Positions 1 to 8,488 of a DNA stretch of 55,754 bases are shown here, piece after piece. How positions within the stretch are numbered: the stretch's first letter is position 1; the number at the start of each line of letters is the position of its first letter. The translations under genes and the position numbers were made by a program. The stretch lies in IMG/VR virus record IMGVR_UViG_3300033146_000323, positions 1 through 55,754 of that record. One strand, 5' to 3'. Under the pieces are notes generated by a model. That model searched no databases. It saw only the letters and a list, made by a program, of their open reading frames with translations, and was not told the DNA's origin. Source of the stretch: a virus. Lineage: Duplodnaviria; Caudoviricetes.

Positions 1-46
1 AAATGGATAGTTAGAAGTAAGTTTAATGCAATAAAACAAAAGTAAA

Positions 47-226
47 ATGTGCAAGAGAAAACCAAAACCCACAATCAAAGTTGAGTTAACCCACGATGAG
101 TTATGGCTCATCTATATGAGTGTAGAACACAACATCACAAGACGTTGGGATTCAAACACAGACAAAAGGTTGAAGAAACTAATGGCGAAAGCCGAAGACA
201 AAGGAAAAGAATTGAGAGGTTGGTAA
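47..226 (+). CDS. hypothetical early protein (59 aa, MCKRKPKPTIKVELTHDELW...)
   Basis: Read manually: ATG at 47 after an A-rich leader, TAA at 224-226; below the ORF-track cutoff. Confidence 0.6.
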   Translation: MCKRKPKPTIKVELTHDELWLIYMSVEHNITRRWDSNTDKRLKKLMAKAEDKGKELRGW

Positions 227-233
227 AAATAAA

Positions 234-265
234 TTTGGATATGTCGATTCTTTGTCGTATCTTTG
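234..265 (+). promoter_or_regulatory. Bacteroidota sigma70-type promoter (-33 TTTG, -7 TATCTTTG)
   Basis: TTTG 234-237, 20-nt spacer, TATCTTTG 258-265; matches the established TTTG...TAnnTTTG consensus; intergenic. Confidence 0.8.
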
Positions 266-293
266 TCTAAATCAAATGTTAAATCAGAGTTCT

Positions 294-309
294 GTGTCTT
301 CAAAGACAC
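294..309. repeat. 16-bp palindrome GTGTCTTYRAAGACAC, copy 1 (5' leader of the GATase gene)
   Basis: GTGTCTTCAAAGACAC. Confidence 0.95.
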
Positions 310-370
310 TGCTCATAAATCAAATCACTTATGTGTATAGGTCAGCTATCACAAATCAAAAGAGTATCAG

Positions 371-1303
371 TTGCTCAACACAGACAGACCATACATTGCA
401 CACTTCAGATATGCAACGGTTGGTAAAATCTGCAAGGCAAACACACACCCATTTGTGTGTGGCAACAATCAAGATGAGTTGTTGATGATGAACGGTACGG
501 TCAGAGGTTACGGTAACGAGAATATGACAGACACCGAAGACTTGGCAATCAAGTTGGGTCGTACACCACGACATACTTGGAAACAATCATTGGCAAAGTT
601 CGATGCAAGATTTGTTGCAATCAATACTCGCACCCGTTCATTTCAAATCTTCAACAAGCACCTGTACACGTACAAGGATGGAGTTTGGTACTCCAAAGAC
701 AACGTGTTGCAAACCAATGTTGTTGCGGTGTATGGCACACTGAAGAAAGGATTCGGTAACTACTACTCGTACCTAACTAATTCAAAACATCTTGGTCGAG
801 GCAAGACCAAAGACAAGTACCCGTTGGTAGTCAGTGGGTTACCTTACCTTATCGAAAAGAAAGGGAAGGGTACGAATGTGGTGGTCGATGTATTCAAGGT
901 CAACAATACCACGTTCAAGAAACTTGATGCACTTGAGTCTCATCCACGTTGGTATGTACGAAAGCAAGTTCCTATCCGTTTGAACGGCAAGACAATTACG
1001 GCTTGGATTTATTTCAATCCGTCTGCGGAAAACAAATGGGATGGAAAGAATCACGTTGAGTCTTTCGAAAGGAAACCAATACTCCCGACAAGAGAGTTCA
1101 CCTTTGAGCCGCAGCAAGAAGTTGAACCTACGTGCAGCCAATTATCATTCTACGATGAGTTCCACGACAAAGAGTTTGGCGATGAGACTCCTATCTGCAT
1201 AGATTGTTTTCACGATTTAGACTACGATGATTTTGCAAACTATCACTGCAATGGATGTGATGCTTGGTTTACAGAGGAAGAAGTGCAACACTTTCAAAAG
1301 TAA
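371..1303 (+). CDS. class II glutamine amidotransferase fused to a gamma-glutamylcyclotransferase (AIG2-like) domain and a C-terminal Zn ribbon; 5' end appears disrupted
   Basis: AHFRYATVG, NTHPF and MNG (GATase-II); VAVYGTLKKG and LDALE (GGCT); CxxC...CxxC; the catalytic Met-Cys start at 331 is out of frame. Confidence 0.8.
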   Translation: MLNTDRPYIAHFRYATVGKICKANTHPFVCGNNQDELLMMNGTVRGYGNENMTDTEDLAIKLGRTPRHTWKQSLAKFDARFVAINTRTRSFQIFNKHLYTYKDGVWYSKDNVLQTNVVAVYGTLKKGFGNYYSYLTNSKHLGRGKTKDKYPLVVSGLPYLIEKKGKGTNVVVDVFKVNNTTFKKLDALESHPRWYVRKQVPIRLNGKTITAWIYFNPSAENKWDGKNHVESFERKPILPTREFTFEPQQEVEPTCSQLSFYDEFHDKEFGDETPICIDCFHDLDYDDFANYHCNGCDAWFTEEEVQHFQK

Positions 1304-1313
1304 ACCACAGGCA

Positions 1314-1329
1314 GTGTCTTCAAAGACAC
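1314..1329. repeat. 16-bp palindrome, copy 2 (intergenic; extends to the hairpin GCAGTGTCTT-CA-AAGACACTGC, 1311-1332)
   Basis: GTGTCTTCAAAGACAC. Confidence 0.95.
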
Positions 1330-1332
1330 TGC

Positions 1333-1383
1333 TCTGTTCACGGATGTGTGTCCGTGCTGATGAAGTCAAAAGACAGAAACAGA
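1333..1383 (+). ncRNA. type III hammerhead-like self-cleaving ribozyme (variant stem II)
   Basis: Stem III UCUGU/ACAGA; cleavage triplet GUU (1336-1338); stem I CACGGA/UCCGUG; core CUGAUGA (1357-1363); stem II GUC-AAAA-GAC flanked by A and A; GAAA (1376-1379); intergenic. Confidence 0.7.
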
Positions 1384-1401
1384 AACTTAAAATTTAATAC
1401 G

Positions 1402-1707
1402 ATGGCAATACATTTAACTAAAGATAATTTTGTTTGGCTCGATGTGACAGACCAAATGAAATACGGAATGAAAAAGATTGAAGAGATATGGCTCGGTCAC
1501 GAGTTGTATGCAGTACACGATGATGATACAGACTCGCTTATAGAATCACACGAAGAGATAGAAGAGGCAGTCAAGTTGGGTCTGAAGATATGTATCGAAG
1601 TTGGATACCTACCAAAAAAGGACAAACCCAAATGGTGGAGTAAAGCCAACAAGAAAATTATTGATGGACATTGGTGGGTAAAAATATCTGATGTAAAATT
1701 TGGATAG
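1402..1707 (+). CDS. hypothetical protein (MAIHLTKDNF...)
   Basis: Part of ORF 1264..1707; start moved to ATG 1402, downstream of the ribozyme. Confidence 0.7.
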   Translation: MAIHLTKDNFVWLDVTDQMKYGMKKIEEIWLGHELYAVHDDDTDSLIESHEEIEEAVKLGLKICIEVGYLPKKDKPKWWSKANKKIIDGHWWVKISDVKFG

Positions 1708-1730
1708 TTCCATTTAATGTACTATATTTG
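1699..1730 (+). promoter_or_regulatory. Bacteroidota sigma70-type promoter
   Basis: TTTG(GATA) at 1699, 20-nt spacer, TATATTTG 1723-1730; same geometry as the promoter at 234. Confidence 0.75.
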
Positions 1731-1760
1731 AACAAACATTAAACTTTAAATACAATCAAA

Positions 1761-2027
1761 ATGAAAGTAAAAATTCAACAACGGAGTGTCTACCACAAAT
1801 TTGCGGAGGTAGAAGTAGAAGTACCAAACAATTTAACGGAGGAGCAAGTGCTTGATTATCTATGGGAGAACGAAGATATCTACGTGGATAAGATAGATAC
1901 TGCAATGAGTGAAGCTAACTTTGAGTATGGCAGTGGAGTAGATGATTACAATGGAATGAACGAACCCGAGTCAGTATCAGAGTGGAGATTCGAGTGTGAC
2001 CATTTGAAGATTGGAGGTCACCTATGA
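1761..2027 (+). CDS. acidic hypothetical protein
   Basis: ORF after promoter, A-rich leader AATCAAAATG. Confidence 0.75.
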   Translation: MKVKIQQRSVYHKFAEVEVEVPNNLTEEQVLDYLWENEDIYVDKIDTAMSEANFEYGSGVDDYNGMNEPESVSEWRFECDHLKIGGHL

Positions 2028-2179
2028 GAATCAAAGCATGGAATTTAGAAGTTCAATACGAGGATGGCACGACTGAAAAGTTGGGCAACCTACCTACGTA
2101 TTTAATTAGGTCTATTAATAGTTTTCTTGATGAAGTTGAAGAGGAAACAGAACAAGCAGAACAATGGCAAGACTTATAA
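2024..2179 (+). CDS. hypothetical protein (51 aa, MRIKAWNLEVQYEDG...)
   Basis: Read manually; ATGA overlap with the upstream stop; fills the gap. Confidence 0.6.
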   Translation: MRIKAWNLEVQYEDGTTEKLGNLPTYLIRSINSFLDEVEEETEQAEQWQDL

Positions 2180-2412
2180 AAGCGGATGGAAAGACAATCG
2201 ATAACTACGAATGTGCAGGACTTGAAGCCAAGCAGAAAGCAGTCGGAGGATACATCGAACCTGTGTACACAAGTCAGTGGGTAATACTTGTGAACGAGGA
2301 AGGACACTTACAAAACTTACCCTTGAACATTGAGGTCTCTGCTCTTTGTGGTCGTGTACTTGTAGGCGATGCATTAGTAATGACACACCAAGAGTGGGCA
2401 TCAGAAAATTAA
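2164..2412 (+). CDS. DUF3846-like phage protein
   Basis: QKAVGGYIE...VNEEG...LPLN...LVGD pattern. Confidence 0.7.
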   Translation: MARLIKADGKTIDNYECAGLEAKQKAVGGYIEPVYTSQWVILVNEEGHLQNLPLNIEVSALCGRVLVGDALVMTHQEWASEN

Positions 2413-2418
2413 ATCAAA

Positions 2419-2754
2419 ATGAAATCAGTTTATTTACTTGAGGCAACACAAGAAAAAATGCGACCCAAACCCGACACCAATTACATCCAAAGGATGCAAC
2501 AGTTGGCAGACAAGGATGAGGAGTTTACATTCAGTGTCTTCAAAGACACAGGAAGATTGATGCGTTGGTATGATTACAAAGATATCAATCCCAACGTCAG
2601 ACTACACGATGACTGCGTGGATGTAATGCTATATTTAGGCAATGCGTTCATTCAATTGTTGAAGAACGGAACGTGGTACACCCACGATAAGCAAAGTAAG
2701 AACATCAAAGATGTGGAGAAACATTTATTTGATGGAAAGTTTATTGTGAAATAA
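2419..2754 (+). CDS. hypothetical protein
   Basis: ORF in operon; carries palindrome copy 3. Confidence 0.7.
   Translation: MKSVYLLEATQEKMRPKPDTNYIQRMQQLADKDEEFTFSVFKDTGRLMRWYDYKDINPNVRLHDDCVDVMLYLGNAFIQLLKNGTWYTHDKQSKNIKDVEKHLFDGKFIVK
2534..2549. repeat. 16-bp palindrome, copy 3 (coding, reads S-V-F-K-D-T)
   Basis: GTGTCTTCAAAGACAC. Confidence 0.95.
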
Positions 2755-2805
2755 TTGCACAATAAATAAACAATGAGTATATTTACTAATTCAAAATCAA
2801 ACATT

Positions 2806-3003
2806 ATGGCAAAGTCAAAACAGATGTTCAACGCAATGCGTGAACAGGAGGAGCAAGACAACACTTTTTTAGATGACCAATATCGTTTCAATCAGTGGAT
2901 GGCTCGACTCGAGCAGGAAGAGAATCACAAATCAAGTAACGCAGTAGATGTGCTGAACAATTTATTCAAAGAGTTCGGTAAAATCTATTCACCTAAAAAT
3001 TAA
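2806..3003 (+). CDS. hypothetical protein (MAKSKQMF...)
   Basis: Part of ORF 2773..3003; likely start at ATG 2806. Confidence 0.65.
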   Translation: MAKSKQMFNAMREQEEQDNTFLDDQYRFNQWMARLEQEENHKSSNAVDVLNNLFKEFGKIYSPKN

Positions 3004-3005
3004 AT

Positions 3006-3293
3006 ATGAAGAAGGGAATTTTCAATGAATATGTAGACAGGGTTCTACGTACATTCGGTATAGAAAAAGAAGAGTTGTTCACCAAATCAAAACGAAGAGA
3101 CTTGGTTGATGCAAGACATCTTCTTTACTACTTGTGCTACCACAGACCAATGCAAATCAGATACATTCAAGAGTATATGAGAGAGAATGGATACGAGGTA
3201 GGACATTCAACAATCATTCACGGAATCGAACAGGTATCAGACAAGGTATCAGAAGATATGGACTATGACACAATTTGCAGAGAACTATCTTAA
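3006..3293 (+). CDS. stand-alone DnaA C-terminal (domain IV) helix-turn-helix protein
   Basis: FGIEKEELFTKSKRRDLVDARHLLYYL...HSTIIHG resembles Bac_DnaA_C. Confidence 0.75.
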   Translation: MKKGIFNEYVDRVLRTFGIEKEELFTKSKRRDLVDARHLLYYLCYHRPMQIRYIQEYMRENGYEVGHSTIIHGIEQVSDKVSEDMDYDTICRELS

Positions 3294-3699
3294 GTATTCA
3301 ATGGATGATATAATGCATCAAGCATTGACCGATGAGTTTTCTGTGGTCTTGGATGGCGATGGATACGAGGCGAGGTTGTTGTATGGATGCAAGATATCAA
3401 GGGACTACGAGACGAAGGAGGTAACAATCCAAAACACAACACGTGCAGGGGATTGGTACACACCTGTTAGCGATGATGACTTATATATTTTTCTACAAAA
3501 AGGTTGGAGAATTGGAGTGTATGAATTATCTTTGTCTAACTATCGTTTAAAACTTGATAAGGTCGAGGAGTCAATCAAGCGAGAAGTAAACGGGAGAAAG
3601 AATCCCAAACAAATCCAATCGTTAAAGAATGCTCGACAGAATATTATGAATCGATATAGTAAAATAAAATATAAATTAAATCAAATATCAAATGGCTAA
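3265..3699 (+). CDS. hypothetical protein
   Basis: ORF overlapping neighbours in operon. Confidence 0.7.
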   Translation: MTQFAENYLKYSMDDIMHQALTDEFSVVLDGDGYEARLLYGCKISRDYETKEVTIQNTTRAGDWYTPVSDDDLYIFLQKGWRIGVYELSLSNYRLKLDKVEESIKREVNGRKNPKQIQSLKNARQNIMNRYSKIKYKLNQISNG

Positions 3700-4219
3700 A
3701 TTAAAAACCGTAAACATCAAGGGTAAAGAGTACGTTGAAGTAAACGAGAGACTCATCTATTTTAGAAAGACTTACCCAAACTATTCTTTGACATCAGAAG
3801 TGTTAGAGAAGACAGACAAATCAATACTTATTCTCGCTACCATTTCAGATGACAATGGCAGGGTTATATCTACAGGTATGGCTGAAGAAGAGAAAGGAAG
3901 TACATTCATTAACAAGACATCGTATGTAGAGAACTGCGAGACATCAGCGTGGGGTAGAGCGTTAGCAAACTTTGGTATCGGACTTGATACATCAGTTGCC
4001 TCAGCAGATGAAGTGCAGAATGCTATTGCAAATCAAGACAAAGTGTCTTCAAAGACACCAAGTAAAATCAAATTAGAAATTGGCGATGACAATTGGGAAA
4101 AGGTAATGAAGTGGGTGGTTGCAAACAAAGACAAAGGTCTTACTGCAATCGTCAAGACATTACAACAAAAGTATTCTATCCCGAATCTTGTCAAGGCAGA
4201 ACTTAAAAAGAATATCTAA
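3692..4219 (+). CDS. single-strand annealing protein / recombinase (Rad52/Erf/Sak-like)
   Basis: GKEYVEVNERL...ENCETSAWGRALANFGIG; lies directly before an exonuclease. Confidence 0.65.
   Translation: MAKLKTVNIKGKEYVEVNERLIYFRKTYPNYSLTSEVLEKTDKSILILATISDDNGRVISTGMAEEEKGSTFINKTSYVENCETSAWGRALANFGIGLDTSVASADEVQNAIANQDKVSSKTPSKIKLEIGDDNWEKVMKWVVANKDKGLTAIVKTLQQKYSIPNLVKAELKKNI
4043..4058. repeat. 16-bp palindrome, copy 4 (coding, reads V-S-S-K-T)
   Basis: GTGTCTTCAAAGACAC. Confidence 0.95.
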
Positions 4220-4986
4220 TGGCAAAGACAATCAAACATCAAGACATCATCTCCAAGTTGCGAGATGATGAGGAATACTACAACGGTATAGGTAGACAAT
4301 ACCTTTCCAATTCAGACATCGGAACCTTGCTTAAGAATCCAAAAGACTTTGGGACCAAGCGAGAAGACTCCAAAGAGTTTGCAATGGGAAGATACTTTCA
4401 CCAATTATTTTTAGAACCAAGTAAGGCAGAGGAGTGGGACTTTATAGATGTTGCATCACGTAACACGAAGAAGTACAAGGAGTATGTTGCAGAGTTACAA
4501 GCTAACAGTAGCAGACCAAGAGACTTTGCTTTACTACAAAGAGAAAAGGATGAGGTTGAGCGATGGGTTGAAGCAGTCAAAACTAACTTTGATTTTTTTA
4601 ACTACATTTACGATGACAAAAATGCATACGAAGTACCTGCAGTAGCAGAGATTTGCGGAGAGCAATGGAAGGGTAAGGCAGATATCGTAGGCAAAGATTT
4701 TCTTTTCGACCTGAAAACGACAAGCAACATTAATGATTTTCGTTGGAATTTTCGTAAGTATAATTACGATAGTCAGGCATATATCTATTCTACTTTATTT
4801 AACAAGCCGATGATGTTCCTCGTCATAGACAAGACAAGTCTAATGATGGGTGCTTACACTGTGAGTGAGGAAAGTTTAGGCAGGGGAAAAGAGAAAGTGG
4901 AGAGAGCAGTAGAAATTTACCGAAAGTTTTTTGGGGATAATCCTACTGATGATATTAACCAATACTATTTCTATGAAGAAATTTAA
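4219..4986 (+). CDS. PD-(D/E)XK exonuclease (RecE/DUF3799-like)
   Basis: LSNSD, G..FH, KGKADIV...DLKTT, Y..QA..Y motifs. Confidence 0.8.
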   Translation: MAKTIKHQDIISKLRDDEEYYNGIGRQYLSNSDIGTLLKNPKDFGTKREDSKEFAMGRYFHQLFLEPSKAEEWDFIDVASRNTKKYKEYVAELQANSSRPRDFALLQREKDEVERWVEAVKTNFDFFNYIYDDKNAYEVPAVAEICGEQWKGKADIVGKDFLFDLKTTSNINDFRWNFRKYNYDSQAYIYSTLFNKPMMFLVIDKTSLMMGAYTVSEESLGRGKEKVERAVEIYRKFFGDNPTDDINQYYFYEEI

Positions 4987-5137
4987 AAACCTAATAGTGT
5001 CTTTGAAGACACGACTATTTAAAAAGAAACGAGTACACGTAGTGGAAGTTCCAAACACTTGCGAAACTCGTGCCGAGAAAAAACAAATAATCAAGGCGAC
5101 CTTAAAATTTTTGGAACAGAACATTGTAATATTATAA
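4973..5137 (+). CDS. small basic hypothetical protein (MKKFKNLIV...)
   Basis: Part of ORF 4931..5137; ATG 4973 fills the gap between exonuclease and SSB. Confidence 0.5.
   Translation: MKKFKNLIVSLKTRLFKKKRVHVVEVPNTCETRAEKKQIIKATLKFLEQNIVIL
4997..5012. repeat. 16-bp palindrome, copy 5
   Basis: GTGTCTTTGAAGACAC. Confidence 0.95.
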
Positions 5138-5139
5138 CT

Positions 5140-5406
5140 ATGGCACAAGAAGAAAAAGTGTTTGCAGATGGGTTCTCTTTCAAGCGAAGAGACAATGCTC
5201 CCGACTTTGTAGTCGGAAGAGTATCAGTAAAATGTGATGATGCAGTTTCATTTATGAAGAAACATCAGAAGAATGGATGGATAAATCTAAATATCAACCA
5301 AGCTAAATCAGGTAGCTACTACGTAGAACTTGACACATTTGTACCTGAGAAAAGAACTGAGAATGTAGGTACTCCGAAAACGGAGGAAGTAGACCTACCA
5401 TTCTAA
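5140..5406 (+). CDS. putative single-stranded DNA-binding protein
   Basis: Start at ATG 5140 (MAQEEKVFADG); acidic C-terminal EEVDLPF tail; next to recombinase and exonuclease. Confidence 0.65.
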   Translation: MAQEEKVFADGFSFKRRDNAPDFVVGRVSVKCDDAVSFMKKHQKNGWINLNINQAKSGSYYVELDTFVPEKRTENVGTPKTEEVDLPF

Positions 5407-5428
5407 GTGTGTTTTAATCATTTGTAAT

Positions 5429-5456
5429 GGGGAGGGTTTCGGCTCTCCCCTTTTTT
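5429..5456 (+). terminator. Rho-independent terminator
   Basis: GGGGAGGGT-TTCG-GCTCTCCCC followed by TTTTTT. Confidence 0.85.
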
Positions 5457-5487
5457 GACCTATGAATGCTAAGTTAATTGACTACAT

Positions 5488-5611
5488 ATTGTTTTTATTT
5501 CTTATTTCTATTTTATTTTTTTTTCTTATACGATAGAAAAAAGTTAACATAATAAGCAAGTCGTTGATACTCAGCGAGAAAGACAACATAAAGTCGACAT
5601 AAAGTCGACAT
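5488..5611. other. origin-like locus A: AT-rich tract, IHF-consensus site and 11-bp iterons
   Basis: T-rich 5488-5530; AAAGTTAACAT at 5540; TATCAACGACTTG on - strand 5557-5569; AAAGACAACAT-AAAGTCGACAT-AAAGTCGACAT 5579-5611, just upstream of the primase-helicase. Confidence 0.6.
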
Positions 5612-5624
5612 AATTAAATCAAAT

Positions 5625-8042
5625 ATGACATCAAAGATTACTATATTCAGAAACATTAAAGAGACAGATGCTCCTTTTCACAGAGAGGTAGAGCATATCT
5701 TAGAGCGTATCAAGAACGGTGCGTCAAAGGATTTGGTAAAGCGAATCCGTAAAGAGCAACGCAAGGCAGAGCGTAATGAACTAAAGAAACAACTCCCGGC
5801 AATATGTTTTAGCGGAGTCTTCACCAAGCGTAACGACAACTCTATTCAAGAACATTCAGGACTAATATGTTTAGACTTCGATGGGTATGAGAAGAGTAAG
5901 GATATGTTACAAGACAAGGAGAACATTACTAAATCTCCTTACACCTATTCAGTATTCATATCTCCATCAGGACAAGGACTAAAAGTTTTAGTCAAGATAC
6001 CACAGGATGTAGACAACCACGTGAACTACTTCAATAGTCTACAGAAACATTACAACAATAGTAAGTTTGACGTAACGTGTAAAAACGTATCACGTGTATG
6101 CTATGAATCTTATGACCCACTAATCTATGTCAACGAGAACTCATCGTTGTGGGACAAGATTGAAGAGAGGGAGTACGAAGAGAAACATCAGTATAGAGAT
6201 GCTCCTACTATACCAATCACAGACGAGAATAAAATCGTAGAGATACTTGTCAAGTGGTGGACCAAGAAGTATCCAATGGTGGAGGGACAACGTAACAACA
6301 ACTGCTACGTTCTTGCTTCAGCATTCAACGACTTTGGAATAAACAAATCGTTGGCAGGTTATGTAATGAGTAACTACAAGACTCAAGACTTTAACGATAC
6401 AGAGATACAAAGAACCATAGACTCAGCGTATTCAAACTCTGCAAACTTCGGAACTAAATACTATGAAGATGAGGAGCGTGTTCAGAATCTAAAGATTAAA
6501 CTAAAGCGTGGTGCATCAAAAAAAGAACTTCGTTCTCAACTCGAAAACGAGTCTCAGTTAGAGAGCGATGTAATAGAGGCAGTGCTTACACGTATAGATG
6601 AAGAGGCACAAGAGACTCAGTTTTGGACAAAGACAGAAAAAGGTGTGGTGCAAATCATCCACATACTATTTAAACAATTCTTAGAAGACAATGGATTCTA
6701 CAAGTATTGTCCTGAAGGAAGTAAGAACTATGTCTTTGTCAAGGTAACCAACAACCTAATAGACCACACAGATGAGAAAGAGATAAAGGATTTTATCTTG
6801 AATCATTTGATAGAGATTGATGACTTAAGTATCTACAATCATTTTGCAGACAAGGTTAGATATTTCAAAGAAGACTTTCTAACTCTGCTATCAACGATTG
6901 ATATATACTTTATTGAAGATAGTAAGGATACATCTTACCTGTACTACAGAAACTGTGCAGTCAAGATAACCAAAGATGAAATGGTAATGATTGACTACAT
7001 AGATTTAGGTGGGTATGTTTGGAAAGACCACGTGATAGATAGGAACTTTACAAAGTGTGATGCAGACACAGATTATAAAAAATTTATATCAAACATCTGC
7101 AAGAGTGAGGAAGACCGAGTGTCTTCTATGGAATCAACGATAGGTTTCCTAATGCACGGTCACAAGAACTTATCATTTTGCCCTGCCGTTATTTTAAATG
7201 ATGAGGTAATATCAGACAACCCCGAAGGTGGTACAGGTAAAGGTATCTTTATGAATGCATTGAGTCAGATGAAGAAAGTAGTTACCATTGATGGTAAGTC
7301 TTTTAATTTTGAGCGTTCATTTGCATACCAACTTGTGAGTGCAGATACACAGATACTTGTGTTCGATGATGTAAGAAAACATTTTGACTTCGAAAGATTG
7401 TTCTCCGTTGTAACCGAAGGACTTACACTTGAAAAGAAAAACAAAGATGCAATCAAGATACCATTTGAAAAGTCTCCGAAGATAGCCATCACTACGAACT
7501 ACGCAATCAAAGGGAGCGGTAATTCTTTTGCGAGACGAAAGTGGGAACTTGAATTACATCAACACTATAATAAAAACTTCACACCATTAGATGAGTTTAA
7601 CAAACTATTCTTTGGCGATTGGAATGATGATGAGTGGTGTGCGTTTGACAACTATATGATTGGATGTTTGCAAGGATACCTCAACACAGGATTGGTTGAA
7701 AGTAAATTTGTAAATTTAAAGATACGACAACTATCAGCCGAGACTTCACACGACTTCATCGAATGGTGTGGACTTATCAATGGTAGTGAATCTAATCCTA
7801 TGCTTGTGAGAGATACTAAAATTAATTTACAATCTGCTTACTTAGATTTCATCGAACAGTATCCCGACTATGCACCAAAAGCAAAGCTAACGATAAGCCG
7901 TATACGATTTAATAAATGGATGTCAGCTTACGCAGTCTTCTTATCAGGTGCTTCACCACAAGAGGGAAGAGATATGTCAGGAAGATGGATGAGAATCAAG
8001 AGACAAGATGAAACAACTACCCAAACAAAATTTAATGTCTGA
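5625..8042 (+). CDS. primase-helicase (BT4734/VirE N-terminal primase-like domain, PriCT-like domain, P-loop helicase)
   Basis: ICLDFD, FISPSGQGLK, GQRNN, Walker A GGTGKG, Walker B VFDD, ITTN. Confidence 0.8.
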   Translation: MTSKITIFRNIKETDAPFHREVEHILERIKNGASKDLVKRIRKEQRKAERNELKKQLPAICFSGVFTKRNDNSIQEHSGLICLDFDGYEKSKDMLQDKENITKSPYTYSVFISPSGQGLKVLVKIPQDVDNHVNYFNSLQKHYNNSKFDVTCKNVSRVCYESYDPLIYVNENSSLWDKIEEREYEEKHQYRDAPTIPITDENKIVEILVKWWTKKYPMVEGQRNNNCYVLASAFNDFGINKSLAGYVMSNYKTQDFNDTEIQRTIDSAYSNSANFGTKYYEDEERVQNLKIKLKRGASKKELRSQLENESQLESDVIEAVLTRIDEEAQETQFWTKTEKGVVQIIHILFKQFLEDNGFYKYCPEGSKNYVFVKVTNNLIDHTDEKEIKDFILNHLIEIDDLSIYNHFADKVRYFKEDFLTLLSTIDIYFIEDSKDTSYLYYRNCAVKITKDEMVMIDYIDLGGYVWKDHVIDRNFTKCDADTDYKKFISNICKSEEDRVSSMESTIGFLMHGHKNLSFCPAVILNDEVISDNPEGGTGKGIFMNALSQMKKVVTIDGKSFNFERSFAYQLVSADTQILVFDDVRKHFDFERLFSVVTEGLTLEKKNKDAIKIPFEKSPKIAITTNYAIKGSGNSFARRKWELELHQHYNKNFTPLDEFNKLFFGDWNDDEWCAFDNYMIGCLQGYLNTGLVESKFVNLKIRQLSAETSHDFIEWCGLINGSESNPMLVRDTKINLQSAYLDFIEQYPDYAPKAKLTISRIRFNKWMSAYAVFLSGASPQEGRDMSGRWMRIKRQDETTTQTKFNV

Positions 8043-8280
8043 GATAAATAAAGCAATGATAAACTCTTTGAATGTTTTGACAGGACACAAAACAGTAGAA
8101 GAACTAATAATAGAAGATGATGGGTTCTTCATTTTCAATCCCGAAGAACCTGTGTCTTCAAAGACACTTGATGATTTGCTTTATTACTTTACAAAGATGG
8201 AAGATTATGAGCGGTGTATTGAAGTTAAAAAACTAATAGACGATGGCAGTATTATTGGAAGAGACACGAGGATTCAATGA
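8035..8280 (+). CDS. hypothetical protein with UVR-like C-terminal helix
   Basis: YFTKMEDYERCIEVKKL; likely start at ATG 8035. Confidence 0.6.
   Translation: MSEINKAMINSLNVLTGHKTVEELIIEDDGFFIFNPEEPVSSKTLDDLLYYFTKMEDYERCIEVKKLIDDGSIIGRDTRIQ
8152..8167. repeat. 16-bp palindrome, copy 6 (coding, V-S-S-K-T)
   Basis: GTGTCTTCAAAGACAC. Confidence 0.95.
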
Positions 8281-8488
8281 TTGTGAACACCTCAAAGAAC
8301 TACATCATCTTAGAGCAGTGATGTTCAAGACTCGTGATGTAAAAGTAGGCAGAGGAAAAAAGGCATTCACCAAAAAAGAGTTTGTCTATGACACAGATGA
8401 TGACCGTGAAGTAAGAGAAAATATAATGTATTCAATTAAAATTTTTAAAGATAGATGTTCAGATATAGAAAGTACCAATGGGAAATAA
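8243..8488 (+). CDS. hypothetical protein
   Basis: ORF in operon. Confidence 0.6.
   Translation: MAVLLEETRGFNDCEHLKELHHLRAVMFKTRDVKVGRGKKAFTKKEFVYDTDDDREVRENIMYSIKIFKDRCSDIESTNGK

Noticed and set aside
1264-1401. N-terminal extensions in the ORF track (also at 5059, 35135, 44219, 50471, 52084, 54760)
   Set aside because: They run through promoters, the ribozyme or neighbouring genes; downstream starts with A-rich leaders fit better
4946-4975. Other CTGATGA occurrences as hammerheads (also 39612 and several on the - strand)
   Set aside because: Inside CDSs, with no downstream GAAA or flanking helices
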